Shown: positions 38,516 through 52,920, counted from the stretch's first letter. The stretch is DNA of 64,000 nt from Eledone cirrhosa (GCA_964016885.1 OZ024742.1:242854001-242918000), one strand, 5' to 3'. The notes: generated from the letters alone by a model not told the origin. Translations and numbers: made by a program.

Positions 38516-38688
38516 ATATTTCTTTATTAGCCACAGGGGCACAAAAGAAGGGGACAAATACAAAGGAGGAAGTTTACATACAATAAAAACGTGTAAAATG
38601 TTATCACAAATGGAATTTAAAAAGTTAGTCGATTTTCCCCAATAGAGGGAGACAGTTTATATGGGTAACACATACCCCCGAAAAAAAA
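38516..38688 (-). mobile_element. Short 3'-end Tx1 fragment between GATA repeats
   Basis: Similar to the 3' UTRs at 32550-32715 and 38707-38870. Confidence 0.75.
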
Positions 38689-38706
38689 GATAGATAGATA
38701 GATAGA

Positions 38707-41700
38707 TTTCTTTATTTGCCACAAGGGCGCACAAGAAAATGTGACAATACAAAGACACATGGCGGGGATTTTACATACAGTCGTGTAAAAAAAGTTTTAA
38801 CATGAAAATATAACAATCGAAATCCCCAATAGGGGGAGGTGTTACAAATGGGTTCTTTGTACCCCGTAGATAGAACAACCCTCAACTCCAGGAGTATGTT
38901 GTGCAAGTGCTCCTTTCTTCCTTTTGCTCTTTTCTTCAACCTACAGGTTTATATACATAGACGGCCCAATCACTCGGGCCATTCTGGCCACATTCACCCA
39001 CCTTTCAGTAAATTTACTGGGGTGCAGTACCTAACTCTCCACTCTGATTCCCCTTCTAAAGTGGTACCTAAAGAAGGGAATGAGTTGTTGTCCGGAGAGA
39101 AAGGCTCTGTCCTCTGTCCTCTCAATCTTGTCCACCATATAACCTCTTTCACCATAGCCAGTCAACTGGATTTGTCCCACACGCGACAGCAGTTGTTCTG
39201 CGTAGTTCCACAGGTCGGTTACGCCCGAGCAGTGTACAATTGCGTGCAGGGCGGTTTCAATGTCGATTTCATCTTACCACGTATTGGTAGAACTCCTCTT
39301 TAGCACTGCCAGGCCAGGGACCTTTGGAAGTTGTCCATAGGTGCCGGTCGGAAAGTCCTACCGAACAGACTGGTGAGCTCGTCTTCTTCGACGCCCAGAG
39401 TCTCTCCGAGAACGCCGTCGCACTTGTATCGTACTATCCCTCTATAGAATGACGGAGTGGAGTCACCACTGATTTCTGTGCCCACTTGACAGAGGACTGT
39501 GAGCGCCTGAGCGCATTCAATTTGCCAGGCGCACATTTTCTTCGGTCTCCGCTTGACCCAGGACTGCAGCTCCGTCAACGAGATAAGTTGCGGAAAGGCT
39601 TGTCTCACAAACGGGGCCCACACCGGTTGGTCGGTGAGGAATACCTGGAGATGCCGTAGCCTCAGAGCGTGTTTGCGCATCATCAGCCACGGCATTCCCA
39701 GCCCTCCGTTGGAAGGGTGCTGGCAGAAGACGGATCTCCTCACCAGTGGAGCCTGCTTCTTCCAAAAGAAGAGCATGCGTTCCATCTTGGTGAGGTATTT
39801 ACGGGGACAAGGTACGACGGTAAAACGGTAGTAGATGACGGACGCTATGAAAGTGTTCGCCACCTCCGCTCGACCTTTCAAGGATAGTTTGTACTCTGCC
39901 CACTTCTGGGTGAGCGCAAATACCTTGGCCGTGACCTCGTTCCAGTTTTTCCCCACTTGGAGGTCCTGACCGAACCAGGCCCCGAGCAATTTCACAGGTC
40001 CTTCCGTACAGCGACCGACAACGCTGTCGAATGGCATCGGTTTGCCTTTCCACGTTCCGAGTTGCAAACCGACACACTTGTCCGGGTGGAGTTTTGCTCC
40101 TGTAAGCCTTTCGTATTCCTGCAGTAAGTTGCTGATCGCCCCGATTTCCGAGGTTTTCGACACCATTACTGTAATATCGTCGGCATAAGCCGACGCCGCT
40201 TTTCGCAGTCCCGGTTCCAACGGGATGCCCTGCAAAAGCTCCAACCTCCGCAGTAGTGGCTCGAGAGTCAACACGTACAGAATGGAGGAGATAGGGAAAC
40301 CCTGTCGGATAGAACGCGTGATTCGGAACGGCTCTGATAGGTAGCCGTTCACCTTTACTGTCAAGCAGATGTTGGTATGCATGGCTGTGATCCAGCCTCT
40401 GAAGACGGGTCCGAAACCGGCCGCCTTGAGAACCGCTTCCAAGTATTGATAGTCGCCCTATCAAACGCCTTAGACTGATCTAAATTGATCAGAGCCCCAC
40501 CGAAGCCGGGTTTACACCCTACCCTCTCTATGATGTATCGCATGAGGTGGAGGTTGTCGTGTATGGACCTGGTTGGATTTGCACACGTTTGAGCTTTTCC
40601 CACCAGGTTCTCGACAACAAGCGCCAGCCTCGCTGCTAACACTTTGGCCAAAATCTTTAACTCTGTGTTTAGGAGAGTTATGGGCATGGGGTTACTTATC
40701 TCGGCCCCCTTATTCTCGTCTTTCCTGATCAGCGTTACTACGCCCCTGTCTACAGAACTAGGAATTCTAGCGTTCTGCTGCCAGTTGCAGTAGACGGCTT
40801 CGAGGACGCCAGAGAACAAGTTCGGCATGCCTATGTAAAACACATGGTAGACCATCTAGACCGGGTGATTTGCATTTCCCGCAGCGGCCCAGAGCGTCCC
40901 GTATTTCAGTGGCTGTGATCGGTCTTTCGCAGAACTCGGCGTCTATGCTCGAGAGACGCGGCAGGCCGTCGAGGTATGAACCGAAGTCCATTGCTTCGTT
41001 CGGTGCACCACTCTGCTCGAATAGTTGCGCAAAGTGCCGCTGAAAGGCCGTGCACATCTGCCTGGAATCAAGTAGCACGAATCTGTTTTGGTCTTTCAAA
41101 GACCGAATCGTGGACTTGTTGCCACTTTTCGCTTCTGTCACTCGGGCCCAGCTAACAGCTTTTGCTCCCTCGTTTCCTAGAGCACGTGATCTACTCCTGA
41201 CAACGCAGCCTTCGTGTTTCGCATCGAAGAACTGGTCCAGTGCCGTTCTCGTTGCTAGCCCTCTAGCTGCATTGCTACTCCTAAGCGCCTCCTCTACCTT
41301 GGCTACCAGTTCTCTTTCTGTTTTATCTTTCCCTAACGCTTATTCTTTGCTAAAAGCTCTGGACTCTACTCTAATTGTTCTCTTGAGAGAGCACCACCAC
41401 CTATTGTTGACGATGGATCCCGTCAACTGGTGCTTAACTAAACTACTTATTTGTCTAGTGTAGGCTTTATGCATCGGTAATGACATGTTCAGCTTCCAGT
41501 ATACGGGTCCCTGTCTATGCGTTCTATCATGGTTGACTATGCAGGTAACTAGTTTGAGGTCCGAAGAGGCAATCATGTACATTTGTGGACAGCTTAACAT
41601 TTACCTGTCTCTCTCTCTAATTAAGAATCCATCTAAATATGATCTAGATGTTCCACTGTGGTTTATCCACGTCCACTGTGGTGCAGTCGGGAAATCTTGT

Positions 41701-44010
41701 CGATACCTATCGGCCGATTAAATTTTTGAGGCTGTTGCACGCCCTTCTACTGAGACATGTTCCTACATAGTCCCAACGTGCGTCCAGGATACCATTCCAG
41801 TTCCCCACTAAAAGCAAGGAGCGAGACGTTCCCAGAAAATACTCTAGACGCTTAAAGAAGTCTGGTCGTGGTGTCGCAGTCGGGGCATAAACGGCCACCA
41901 GTCTGAAGGCTCCACCTTCAACACTGTTCACGTCTAGGACCACCAGTCTACCCTCCGGGTTCAAGTGTATTTGGTGTATTTCGAGGTTCAGGTTTTTCCG
42001 AAAGATAACAGCCACTCCCCCTCCACCTCCTGGCTGACAGAGAGATGCGTAGATCTCAAAGTCATCAAAGATGGGGGTTAGTTGCTGCTTGTTGTGGATC
42101 CTGGACTCGCTGATGGCTATCACATCCATACCATGTGACCTAAGGTCGTTTAAAAGTTGGCCTTGTTTCCAGAGCATCCCTAGGCCACGCACATTTACAC
42201 TTCCAACTCGTAAGTCAGCCATGTTGGTGGAGAAGAGTTGGCGAAAAGGACTAAAAGATGCACTTACTTTTTCGTTTCCTGGAGATCGGGCTGTTCAATC
42301 TCCATTTGAGTGTTGGTGGGGGCGTTGGGTGGAGTGGGGAAACGTTTCAATAGGACGCGGTTTATGGGGTTTTGGCACGGGTTTCCAATGTCCTGCGAAA
42401 ATTGATCCTTTAGTTTATTGTAGGTTTCCATTGAAACCCTTATCATCTTTAGGTGTGGTGCAGTGTCTGATTTTACGAAAGTTTTCCCCTCGGTTTCCAC
42501 TTTGGGGTCTTTGGAGATGACCTCCATCAGATTTTTGTTTTTCGTGTTAATGCATGCGTACTGTTGTTTATATCTTTGTTGTGTTGTTTTTGTTTGTTGT
42601 TCATTTTGTAGCTTTCTTTTTATAGTGGGCATTTGTGTTTGGGGTGGTGTTGGTGTTTGTTTTGCTGGTAGGGGGGAGGGTGTTGACTGTGGTGGTGTTT
42701 ATGTTGTTGTTTGTGTTGGTGGTTGTGTGTTTGTGTTGGTGATTGGTGATTTTTGTGGTTTTGCGGTGTCTCTTTTTGTTTTTTTTGGATTTCTGAAGTT
42801 CTCCTTCATCTTCACTTGGGGATGGAGGAGTAGCCTCGTCTGATGAATCGTCGTCAGGGGTGTGTGGGAGGGGTATGTTGTGTGGTGATGGTGTATTTGT
42901 GTTTATGGTTGTGGTAGTGTTGGATGGAGTGGGATGGGGTGGGACTGTGTTTTTCAGGGGAATTGTTTGTGTTTTTTCTGTTTGTGGTTGAGCAGTTGTT
43001 GGCTTTTGTGTGTTTGCTTGTTTTGTGTGTTGTTGTTGTTGCGGCTTTGGTGTTGGTGTTGGTGTTGGTAAAAGTGCCTTTTTGGTTTTGTTGATGTTTA
43101 TTTGTAAGGACAGGAGGCTTTTAAATGCGATGTACTGGAACATCGAAAGAAGTGTGACCTACTCACTTCAGTAGAAAAACAGAACCAAAACTTCCAAACT
43201 AGTACCGTTCCACGTGTTTCTTGTGGATGGAAAGAATTGACTCCTCTCCCTCCTCCAAGAAATATGCCAAAATCCACCAGATATTGATATTTGGTGACAC
43301 GTTGTATATTTTTATCGTTTGTGTCCTTTTTCCCAGGTATGTAGGGGAAAAAGTGTATTTTGCAGGGGTGACCGGAGTCACCGAATATCTTTGTGCGAGG
43401 GCCTCGCTTTTGAGAAGCACCGAAATGCTTCCATACTGTCTGGCCCTCTGCATAAAGTCGATGTCCGGCAATGCCTCCTTCAACACTGTTTCGATTTCGC
43501 CTTGACTAAGGAATGCCGGTTTTCTTGTGGTGTTTGAGACAGTTCTGAAAATGACTGTTTTCCGAAGAGTCTCAGCTCGAATTTCGGCGAGGGGTATTTT
43601 AAACCCACCCTTTTCTTCAAATGTAACGTATTTTTTAGCTTGACTTAGCATTTCGTTGGCATTGGGAATTTCTGTCTATGAACTGTTGTTTTTTTGCTGC
43701 TGTTTCAGCAAAAGATATCTTTTTGGTATTGTTGTTGTTGTTGTCATCACTATTTTTGGTTGTCGAAATTGTCTGTTTAGCTGTTTGTTTTCTGTTCTGT
43801 GGCACTTGGTTTATTTGGTTTCACCTTCTTTGCGAAAAACTTTGTTGTTACTGTTTGTAACATACGTCTCTATAGCGACGTCTATACAGGCAGACGGCTT
43901 GGCAACATTAACTATTACCTACATCTGCCCACTTGCTGTAGCAGTTGAGACTAGCGTCTCTCCTTCGCTCGACATTTTTGATTTTAAAATAATTTTTTTC
44001 TTTTAAAAAG
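38707..44010 (-). mobile_element. Near full-length disrupted Tx1-clade LINE (copy B, related subfamily)
   Basis: ORF1 remnants at about 42264-43975. ORF2 starts at 42222 (MADLRVGSVNVRGL), with RT in 39300-41141. Confidence 0.9.
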
Positions 44011-44800
44011 TTTTTCAAATAAAATTTCCGCCCTGTGGGGCGAAAAATGAGATGGCGGACGAATTTCGTTGCCATATTTAATCATATCCCTTTGCGTTCT
44101 GAGTTCAATTTTTGCCAAACCCAACATTTTCAGTCATCATTCCAGGATGCCTAAAATAAGAATTTCCATCCTTTTTCTGGTTATATAGCATACCCAGCTT
44201 CTGACACATGGACAAGCTGTTTTTATTCTTTCACTCTGTATTTTCTAATGATTGCTCCCTGGTCCTCATCTGGTCCGTCTTGGGTCTCAAGCACTTCTGA
44301 TTCTCTATCAGAGTCGGATTAATAGCTGGACAGACAGGCATTTTCCCCAGGCGCCCGACATCAACAGTGGTACTTTTTAGTAGGGATTGAGGTTAGCAAG
44401 ATAAACGTGTCCTTGGACCGCCAAAGGCGTTCACGTGATGTGCTTTTTGGTTTTATCCTTTAGACATACCTAAACAACGTTTTTAACAAAAAGTAATTAA
44501 TGTCAATCCTGTAGTCAATTCTTCGAAATTCCTCTACTTTAGCGACATCAAATCGTTACCAGGACAAAAATACTTTTATGGCAAATTCATCGAAATTTTT
44601 CTACCCTAGCGATATCAGTTGGTTGTTGTAGAAAGTAAGGGGGTGTATAATACAAGAGTGCGTTTAAGGGTGTTATAAATTTATGTGAGTGTATGTGCTT
44701 GTGTGCGTTTTTAAGTATATTCTTAGCAGAAAATTGTCAAATTCCAAGATTAGTGATAGGAACTTTTGACTTGTGTTATTTAAAAGAATAGTCAAATTCA

Positions 44801-44827
44801 TCTCTCTCTCTCTCTCTCTCTCTCTCA

Positions 44828-44908
<81 letters not shown>
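44801..44908. repeat. (CT)n microsatellite
   Basis: Direct. Confidence 0.95.
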
Positions 44909-44912
<4 letters not shown>

Positions 44913-46254
44913 CTTTATCTTTTTCTACCTCTTAATGAAGCTTAAGACAACACAATGACACCACAAAGCAGTTGCTATCAAAAAATGTAAGTACATTTTA
45001 TTTTGGTTCCCTCAAAAGGTTGTAGTAGTAACTAAGTTTGGCATGTCTATTTTTTTCTTTTTCTGATTTTTTATTTCTTTTTGTATTGATATGTATTTTA
45101 ACATTATAAACATTTCATATTATTTTAATGATTCCGTTTACCTTCTGGAAAAAGTTTTAAACTTCTTCAACTCAGGACTTATTTGCGTGTGTGTGCAGAA
45201 GCCAAACAGAAATAACAAAGCAAACGACACAGTACTTTGAAGAAATGTATTAGTTTAATGCTTGAATGCAACATATATGGTGGTAAGAAACTCAGGAGAG
45301 CTAGACAGCAGAAGGTCTTCAGAAAAGAAACATCCCTCAATCAAGTGTTTCGGCTCTTAACTTCTATGAAATTAATAGAAATAAGTTGAAAACTCGAACG
45401 CAAGGAACTGCTATTAAAACAACCGAATGCTGTCAATGACAACAACATAGATATCGGAAAAAAATACTCCTAAGGATAGAAGACAGTGACCAGTGATCGC
45501 TAAGGGGACACAGAAAGTTATGGGATGGGTGAAAGATAGATGAAGGGTAAAAATAATTGAGAGCTGATGAGGTTTTATATGCGTCTGTGGTTTTGTAATC
45601 GGTCGCTCTCCGAAAGGTTTGCGGTCGTGCCGCTAGCAGTGGAGACTTCTCGTGTCCTTGGCCCTAGGGTTACCTCTCTACTTACCACCATAGGTGCTGA
45701 GCTGGCTAGCCGCAGGTGTGAGCCTCGCGAGATGGAATGGCTCTTCTAGAGCATCTCCCTTACCATCCTCCGGCAAAACGCTTTCTCCATTCTGTCCGCT
45801 GGGGCCGTGGGGCAGCCAACACGTAGGACCCCATTTGCTCATAATACAGAGAGATGGGGAGGGCGAGAGAGATGGAGGCGATTACAGTGGGAGTTCGGCT
45901 CTTCCGTGTCCGGACCTGGTGGCAGCTTCAATTGTCCGTAGGGGGGTAGTGATTCATACATATATATATATATAGAAGGATCGATCGATTTTCGTCAAAT
46001 CGGACCGAGAAAACAATGTTTCCATCGGTCTTTCGAGTTGCTATTACTATCTATCGGTCGCAACTCCAAGTAGAAGGAACAACATTTAATAAAGTGTCTT
46101 GCTCAAGGACATAACGCACCACCCGGTCCAGGAATCGAACTCACAACCATCAAGATTGCGAATCCAATTATATATATAAGTATTAAGTTGTTCTCTATCA
46201 CTCATACACTTCGCCGTCTTTATTGTTCCATTACTTTCTTATACCCTCATACAC

Positions 46255-46353
46255 TGAGGTAAACTTTGCCTTTCATCCTTACGGGGTCGGTAAAATAAAG
46301 TACCAGTAATGTACTGAGTAATTGTGGCCTTGTGCCAAAAGTAGAAACAATTA
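46255..46353 (+). mobile_element. 5'-truncated OK-like SINE
   Basis: Core and tail only. Confidence 0.7.
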
Positions 46354-47169
46354 TATTACAGTATATATTATATTTTGTTATGTTATATTATTTTCAATAT
46401 TATTACATTATTGTAGTATATTTTATATCATGCAATATTATAGATATTTAATAAAAATGTATAGTTTTGTAACTTTAATGTCGACTTTTATTGTAACCTT
46501 AATCTCCACCTGACTTCTTTCTTCTTTACTTATCACTCCTACGTACCAACACACTCTTCTCTTAATCACCATCAACCACTGACTATTAAATATATTTTCA
46601 CCACCATCACCACCACTTACCAGCAGAACTCTACTGAACCATCCCATTTGATTTACACCATCCTGTTTTTTTACTCAAGTAATACTATTCTCAATAAGTA
46701 CTTTTCAGTAAACATCCTAATTCATCCTCAACCCACCTATTGTTATATAGCCATTCATCGCATTTACCCTATACACCATCATCATCATCACCATCATTAT
46801 CTTCACACAAATTTCCCCCTCTTTCTAATTCCTACCATCATCATCATCACACACCATGTTCTTACCTCCCTTATTTTTTCAGTTTCCTTCTTCTCTTTTC
46901 ATAACCCCCCTTTCCTCCTGACACACCTATCCAAGAACTTTATCATCATCATCATCATACATACCATGTTCACACGTTCCTTTTCTCTCTTAGAATTTCC
47001 TTCTTCGCCTTTCTCTTTTCATAACACCTTCCTCTCTCTCCTCACACACATCATTCAAAAATACCTATCCACCTTTATTCCCCCCCCCCCACACACACAC
47101 ACCCTTCAGTTGTTCTTTATTCATACTGTCTCTGTTATTGAACATCTGTATGTTTAACTTTCCACACAA

Positions 47170-47685
47170 CACCTCACGGAGAACAATATGACATGCACCC
47201 AATGGCAGGACACATAACCAAATTGACTTCATCCTCGCACCTCAAGAATCAATAAGACCAGGACTAGGACCTTCCCTGGTGCCGGTGCCAACAGTGATCA
47301 TAATTTTGTTCTGATGACACTAAAGCTTAAATTGAAAAATATCCTTCAAAAGGGAGCCACTCTTATCACGTTTGATCTAGACAAATTAAGAAATCCTAGA
47401 GTTGCAGCAATGTTTGAGGCAAACGTAAGTGACAGGTTTGCAGCCCTCAACCTTCTAACAGAAGATATTAACTCCTTAACCAACAACATAAAGGAAACGC
47501 TTCATGAAACAACTTTAGAGGTGCTTGGGAGAAGGAGAGGGAAAATATAAACCATGGATCACTGATGACATCGTGGACCTATGTAATTTAAGACGTGACT
47601 TGAGGAAAATCAAACTAACAGATCAGGAGGCAAGACAACAATACAACGCTGTGAATAGGAAAGTCAGGAAGAAAACGAAGGCGTA
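47170..47685 (+). mobile_element. RTE-like LINE fragment (APE C-terminus to linker)
   Basis: HNQIDFILAP, RTFPGAGANSDHNFVLMTLKLKLK and PWITDD motifs. Confidence 0.7.
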
Positions 47686-48330
47686 ATGTTGGCATTCTTT
47701 TGTTCTTGCCTGCTACTATCTGCTGGTCAAGTAGACATGGCTTTCCCTTCCCATCTTCTTGTATTGACAAGGAAGAGGGTGCCTTTGCTTCGGCCGATTT
47801 TTTTTTAATTGAAGTGTTTTGCAAACATTTTTTTCGAAAATATGTTGGATGTTTTTGCCCTGAGGGGCACGGTATTTTGGGAGACTTACCAGATCAAAAT
47901 TTGACCTGTCAGTCCCTCTACAAATTGGTATAAAAATAAAAGTTTACAATGACGAATTTCTAAAGATAGATAGATACTGGTGACCGGAGCTAAATAACAA
48001 CAAAGCAATCTTCAAAGTAGCGCTAAGATACAGATGAATGTTGTGCAGTTATAAAGCACTCACGCGCACATACGTACATACATTCAAACCCACATAAACA
48101 CTGTAGTATTATCGATTTTTATAAACTATGATATAAAGACCACACATTTGAGGAAGGTGCATAATCAATTTAATCGACTCAAGCATTTGATTGATGCTTA
48201 TATTATCGACGACGAATCTTTTAAAGAGTAAAACACGTGCTTTTTGTTCTCTACCCTTTTCCTCGTTGTTTTAATTCTCACTTGTTTTCCTTCTTTTTCT
48301 GCCAAACATCCTCTCGTCCCCTCCACCTAT

Positions 48331-48366
48331 TTTCTGATGAAGGACTAGCATCCAAAACGTTAAGAC
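48331..48366 (+). ncRNA. Degenerate minimal hammerhead remnant (Penelope-type)
   Basis: CTGATGA-AGGACTAGCATCC-AAAA-CGTTA, with GAAA mutated. Confidence 0.4.
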
Positions 48367-48869
48367 ACTTCTCCAACTCTATCAAGCGTTGAACTAATAT
48401 ATTACCATTGTAATGTATTGTTTTTATATATATAAACATTTACATGTATATATACACACATGCTTGTGTGTATGTGTTATTCCGTTTTGTATAGGTTAGT
48501 GACATTGGAGTAAAATGTTAAGAACACATCCTGTTATTTCTGAATATAATAAATTGGTTTCTATCTTAGTGCTTCATTACCCGAGCTACGCAGAATATCC
48601 TTCAAGTATAAAAGGCGGCGGTCCTTTTAAAGATCTTGTGCTCAAATTGGTAATAACCTTCCTTGCCAAAAAGATCCCTTCGCGTATTCGTAAAAAAACA
48701 TGAGAGCAGCGATTATAATATTTGTAATATTTTTACTTTACAAACTACTTTCTGGGGGGAAAAAACAAAATGCCTAAAAGCATTCTTAAAGAATTCTGTT
48801 AAGACAATTAATAACTTGAGGGTTGTTTAACTGAACAGCTTTAGAAATTAGGTGTATTTATAATACGTG

Positions 48870-49180
48870 TTGGCTCTCCGTCGTTTGTGACGATGAGTAC
48901 TGCAGACGATTTCCTTACTTGAACTGCTTGCTCGTGAATTTAATGTGTAAGTGACTGAGTATTCCACAGATACGTGCATCCTTAACGCAGTTCTCAGGGA
49001 GATTCAGCATGACACAATGTGCGACAGGGCTAGCCCCTTGAATTACATGTACAACTCATTTTTGCCAACTGAGTGGACAGGAGTAACTTGAAATAAAGTC
49101 ATACTCAAGAATTCGACGCGCCGCAGAGTCCTGGAATCGAACTCACGACCGAACACCCTAACCCCTAAACCATCTGCATT
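48870..49180 (-). mobile_element. OR-type tRNA SINE, degenerate
   Basis: Inverse of the 13195 family (GGAATCGAACTC B box). Confidence 0.65.
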
Positions 49181-49562
49181 CATATAACGACTTTTTTTTT
49201 TCAGGATCAGTGAGGTGTATATATCGTATTTTTTGTATATAGTTCTTTTATTATCAACAAAAATATAACGGAGTGGTTGAAATTAATAAAATCGTTTTAG
49301 CAATTATTTTAAAGCAATTTTGAATGTCAAATATTTCAAAATGACAATTGAAAAATCACAATTTATACACAGTATTGTACTTTATAAGCAACATGAAAAT
49401 AATTAATACCAATAAAGGAATATATATATTTACGAATTATATTCTATCCAGAAGATGTGTGAAAACTTATATAACAAGATTGTATTTCGTGAGTAAAGTT
49501 ACTCCCATAATTTTTCTTCTTTTTTTTAAGTGAAAAACTAGGCATTGAATTTTATTTACAGT

Positions 49563-49775
49563 AATAGTGGTTTTTTATATAGGCACAAGGCCATTAATTG
49601 GGGGGGGGGGTCGATTAAATCGACCTCAGTGCGTGACTGGTACTTTATTTTATCGAGCCCGAAAAGATGAAAGGCAAAGTTAACCTCGGCGGGATTTGAA
49701 CTCAGATCATAAAGGGCCATAATTCTATGCTGCAAAGCATGTTGTCCGACACCCTACCGATACTGCCAATCCACC
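49563..49775 (-). mobile_element. OK-like tRNA SINE (long-tail subfamily)
   Basis: Family match including the GTCGATTAAATCGAC hairpin insert. Confidence 0.8.
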
Positions 49776-50449
49776 GAATGACATCTATAATAACGGCAAT
49801 AATAAAAAAAGAAAACGAAACGAAAGGAAAAAAATAGGGAGATATAGAGAAAAAAGAGAAAAAGAAAGAAGAAAAAGAACGCGAAGGGGAGGGGATGGCA
49901 AGATATCTGGTGTTGCAGAAGAGAGGGGAGAGTGAAAAGGTAGGACGATTGGGCTTTGGGCCTAGGGCAAAGGGGCAGAAGTGCTGCGCCCTGCGGACAA
50001 GTCCGCAAAAGCATTCCTCACGACGATAGCCTGTGACACCCACTGCAACAGCCACCCAACCTCACGGGGTTCCTTCCTCAGACAAGCCGCCGACGTTACA
50101 TAATTAAACTTGAAAAGTTCATCACTGAAAACAACGATTCCCATGTTTATGGTGGTAAAAATACTTTTAAAAACATTTTTCAAGAATGGAATTCCAAGGT
50201 TCCCGAAACCCTTTTCTGCGTTTTCATGTGCTATAAATGTTACTAACAAAACTCAATATTTTCTAATCCCCCTCCCCTCAATTCTTCTGTGACCCTAGAC
50301 CCCTTACCTTTCCCTTCCTTTTCCGTTTTCATAGCCACAAAAGACACTTGAATTTTTTACAACCAACAGTTGTTGCTTAGTGGTAAGTGAGCTTTGATCG
50401 AACATATCTATTAATAAAGGCATTCCTATGTCATTTTCAAATATAATAT

Positions 50450-51550
50450 ATTTTCCTCCAAGTTTGAGATGAAATCAGTTGTGATTCAAAGTTATCCAAA
50501 TCAATCCACTTCAATTTCATTATGTGTCAGAACACTTCATGAATTCTGAAGTTTCTTCAAACAACTCGAACTTAGTAAATTTTTAAAGAAATTCTTCACT
50601 AGTTTATTCAATGATGTTCGATATTTTCTTTTGGATCCTTTGAATGTCTGTTTTCTGATGAATTAGAAAATTAGTTATGCCTTTTTGAAGTTTAAGGAAA
50701 TATTTGTAAATGCCATGTTGAAAAATATTAGTTTGGTTTCATTTTATGTTATCTAACGTAACAGCAAGTATTTTGCCGGCTCCTTATAAATTGTTGTTGA
50801 AATCATTCAAATGTGAAATAAAATCCACAAACGAAAACAACATAAATCTACATTTCCACAGAACTTCAGATAATTCTTGACAAGAATGTTTGTTATTCGT
50901 CAAAAATGAATGTCATCCAAAGACCCAACATTTAAAGACCCATGTTTAATGACAGTATCATACGTAAGAAATCCTGTTTACACTAATTTCACTTCGCTCA
51001 AATAATTAGAAAATTATATTTTCTTTTAATACATTCAGATAGAAAATTAACTGCCTGGTTATAATTTTAATCTCTTCTTCAAGTTCCTAACGTCCAGCTT
51101 TTGAACAAAGTATCACCATGTGCAATACCATTAAAGGTTGCCAGTAGATACATAACATATTTTGCCAACAAATTTACAAAACTTAGATACACGCACGGTT
51201 GCCACAAAAACAATTTTTAAAATGTCACTCTGTCGATTACCTAATTCATTTACCTAACATATTTCAACCCCAGTGGTATGCTGAGATAACTTTGCCAAGT
51301 TCTTCACATATTCACCACCCTTACAAAATATAGCAATAATGAATAGCCTAGCAGCAGCTTTAACATAAGTGCTCACATCTAAACAAATGAAAAGAAACTT
51401 ACATATTCTGATATGTTTCTTCTCATCCTTAATATTCTATTTTTCCTGTAATTTTACTTGCTAGCAAATCAGTAATGTGCTGAATAATTTATTCCTCTTA
51501 AAAAGAGAGAAGTGGGTTGCCAAGCTAAACAAAATTAGGTGCAACTAGTT
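50450..51550 (-). pseudogene. Decayed hAT (Charlie/GTF2IRD2-like) transposase
   Basis: Manual translation gives ...QELSEVLWKCRFMLFSFVDFISHLNDFNNNL*GAGK..., matching the Charlie transposase segment; many stops. Confidence 0.6.
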
Positions 51551-51601
51551 GGAAATACTTAAAACAATATATATTGGTTTAACGTTTGATATAGTGGGAA
51601 T

Positions 51602-51638
51602 TGAGTTAATGTTTCGGACGCTAGGCCTTCATCAGATG
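51602..51638 (-). ncRNA. Minimal hammerhead remnant (Penelope-type)
   Basis: Minus strand CTGATGA-AGGCCTAGCGTCC-GAAA-CAT-TA; stem I is weak. Confidence 0.45.
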
Positions 51639-51756
51639 CTAGAATAAAAAAGAAATAAAAAAAGAAATAGAAAGATAGAGGAGAGTGATAAAAGGAAGAA
51701 AAGGAAGAAACAGAAAAAAACATTTTATTTAGAAAAACATGTTTTCACTGAGCCAT

Positions 51757-51818
<62 letters not shown>

Positions 51819-51820
<2 letters not shown>

Positions 51821-52920
51821 TAGCTTAATCACCTGGCGTTGCCCGGGTTACTGCTGTTCTTCTTATTCAGATTAGTAAACAATAAATATGAAGATATATC
51901 TTTTGTCTCATAATTCTTTCAAAATATCATTATTTTATTTTTAAAATATCAAAATTGTGATGATAATAGAATTTAGAAATGAAAATTTGTCAATCTTGAA
52001 GCACCTCAGGGTAAACAATATTCGTTGTGTCATGTTTTATTGGTGTCCAAATGAATAAATTGTTGCTGCTTCCAACTTGTGAGCAACCAGCATAGAGTTG
52101 ACCGTGGGAGAAACATGTAGTAGAGAGATCAAGTCTAACTATCTTGAGGGATTGACTCTCAGATTTCTTAATTGAAATAACAAAACTTAGTTTGGGCGGA
52201 AACTGGAGCCTCTTCAATTCAAATGGAACAGCTGTAGGTATGAGAGGAACTTTTGGAATAAAGACATTTTTTTTTTCAATATTGTAAACGAATAGGTATC
52301 AACATCCAAAAGAAATATATATTAATCTCTATTTTTGTATGCAGTGTAAATTAACTCACACATACATACAGTCGCACATACACTCACACATACATACACT
52401 CTCACATACACACACACATATACTTGTCAGTTGGCATATATGTATATGTATGTGCAGATGTGTGTGTGTGTTCATACAAACACACACAACTTATAAAAAA
52501 CACACACAGACAAACATGCATACAAACACACACATAGAGTTTTAACCCCAGCGTTCGTTATGTCAATCGTCACAGAAATGTATGTATACTCACACACACA
52601 TACGCTCGCACCTACACTCTCACATACACTCACACATACTTGTCAGTCGCACAAACACACACACACTCACAGACATATACACCACACTCATATACCAAAT
52701 GTGACGTTGTCGTGTTATAAAATATCCGTTTACATAGTTGTCTATATAGTAGATTATTTTAGATAAAATCTTATGTTGTTTTAATCCAAATGAAAATAAG
52801 AATTACATGTTATTAATCCTAGGGTCTATTTCTATTACCTTGTAAAATTTGATTCAATAAAATTTGAAAATGCGTAAGGAAAAGACAGATAGACAGAGAG
52901 AGAGACAAAGAATTTTATAC
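51819..52920 (-). mobile_element. Internally deleted Helitron with Pif1 helicase C-terminal remnant (51990-52262)
   Basis: KRLQFP..SF...CFSHGQLYAGCS helicase motifs; 3' terminus is the inverse of ACTAGCTTAATCACCTGGCGTTGCCCGGG (hairpin plus CTAG). Confidence 0.85.

Noticed and set aside
34032-42843. Plus-strand ORFs across the Tx1 elements
   Set aside because: Antisense shadows of the minus-strand ORF1 and ORF2.
45315-45356. Minus-strand GAAA...CTGAAGA as a hammerhead
   Set aside because: I could not build convincing stems I and II.
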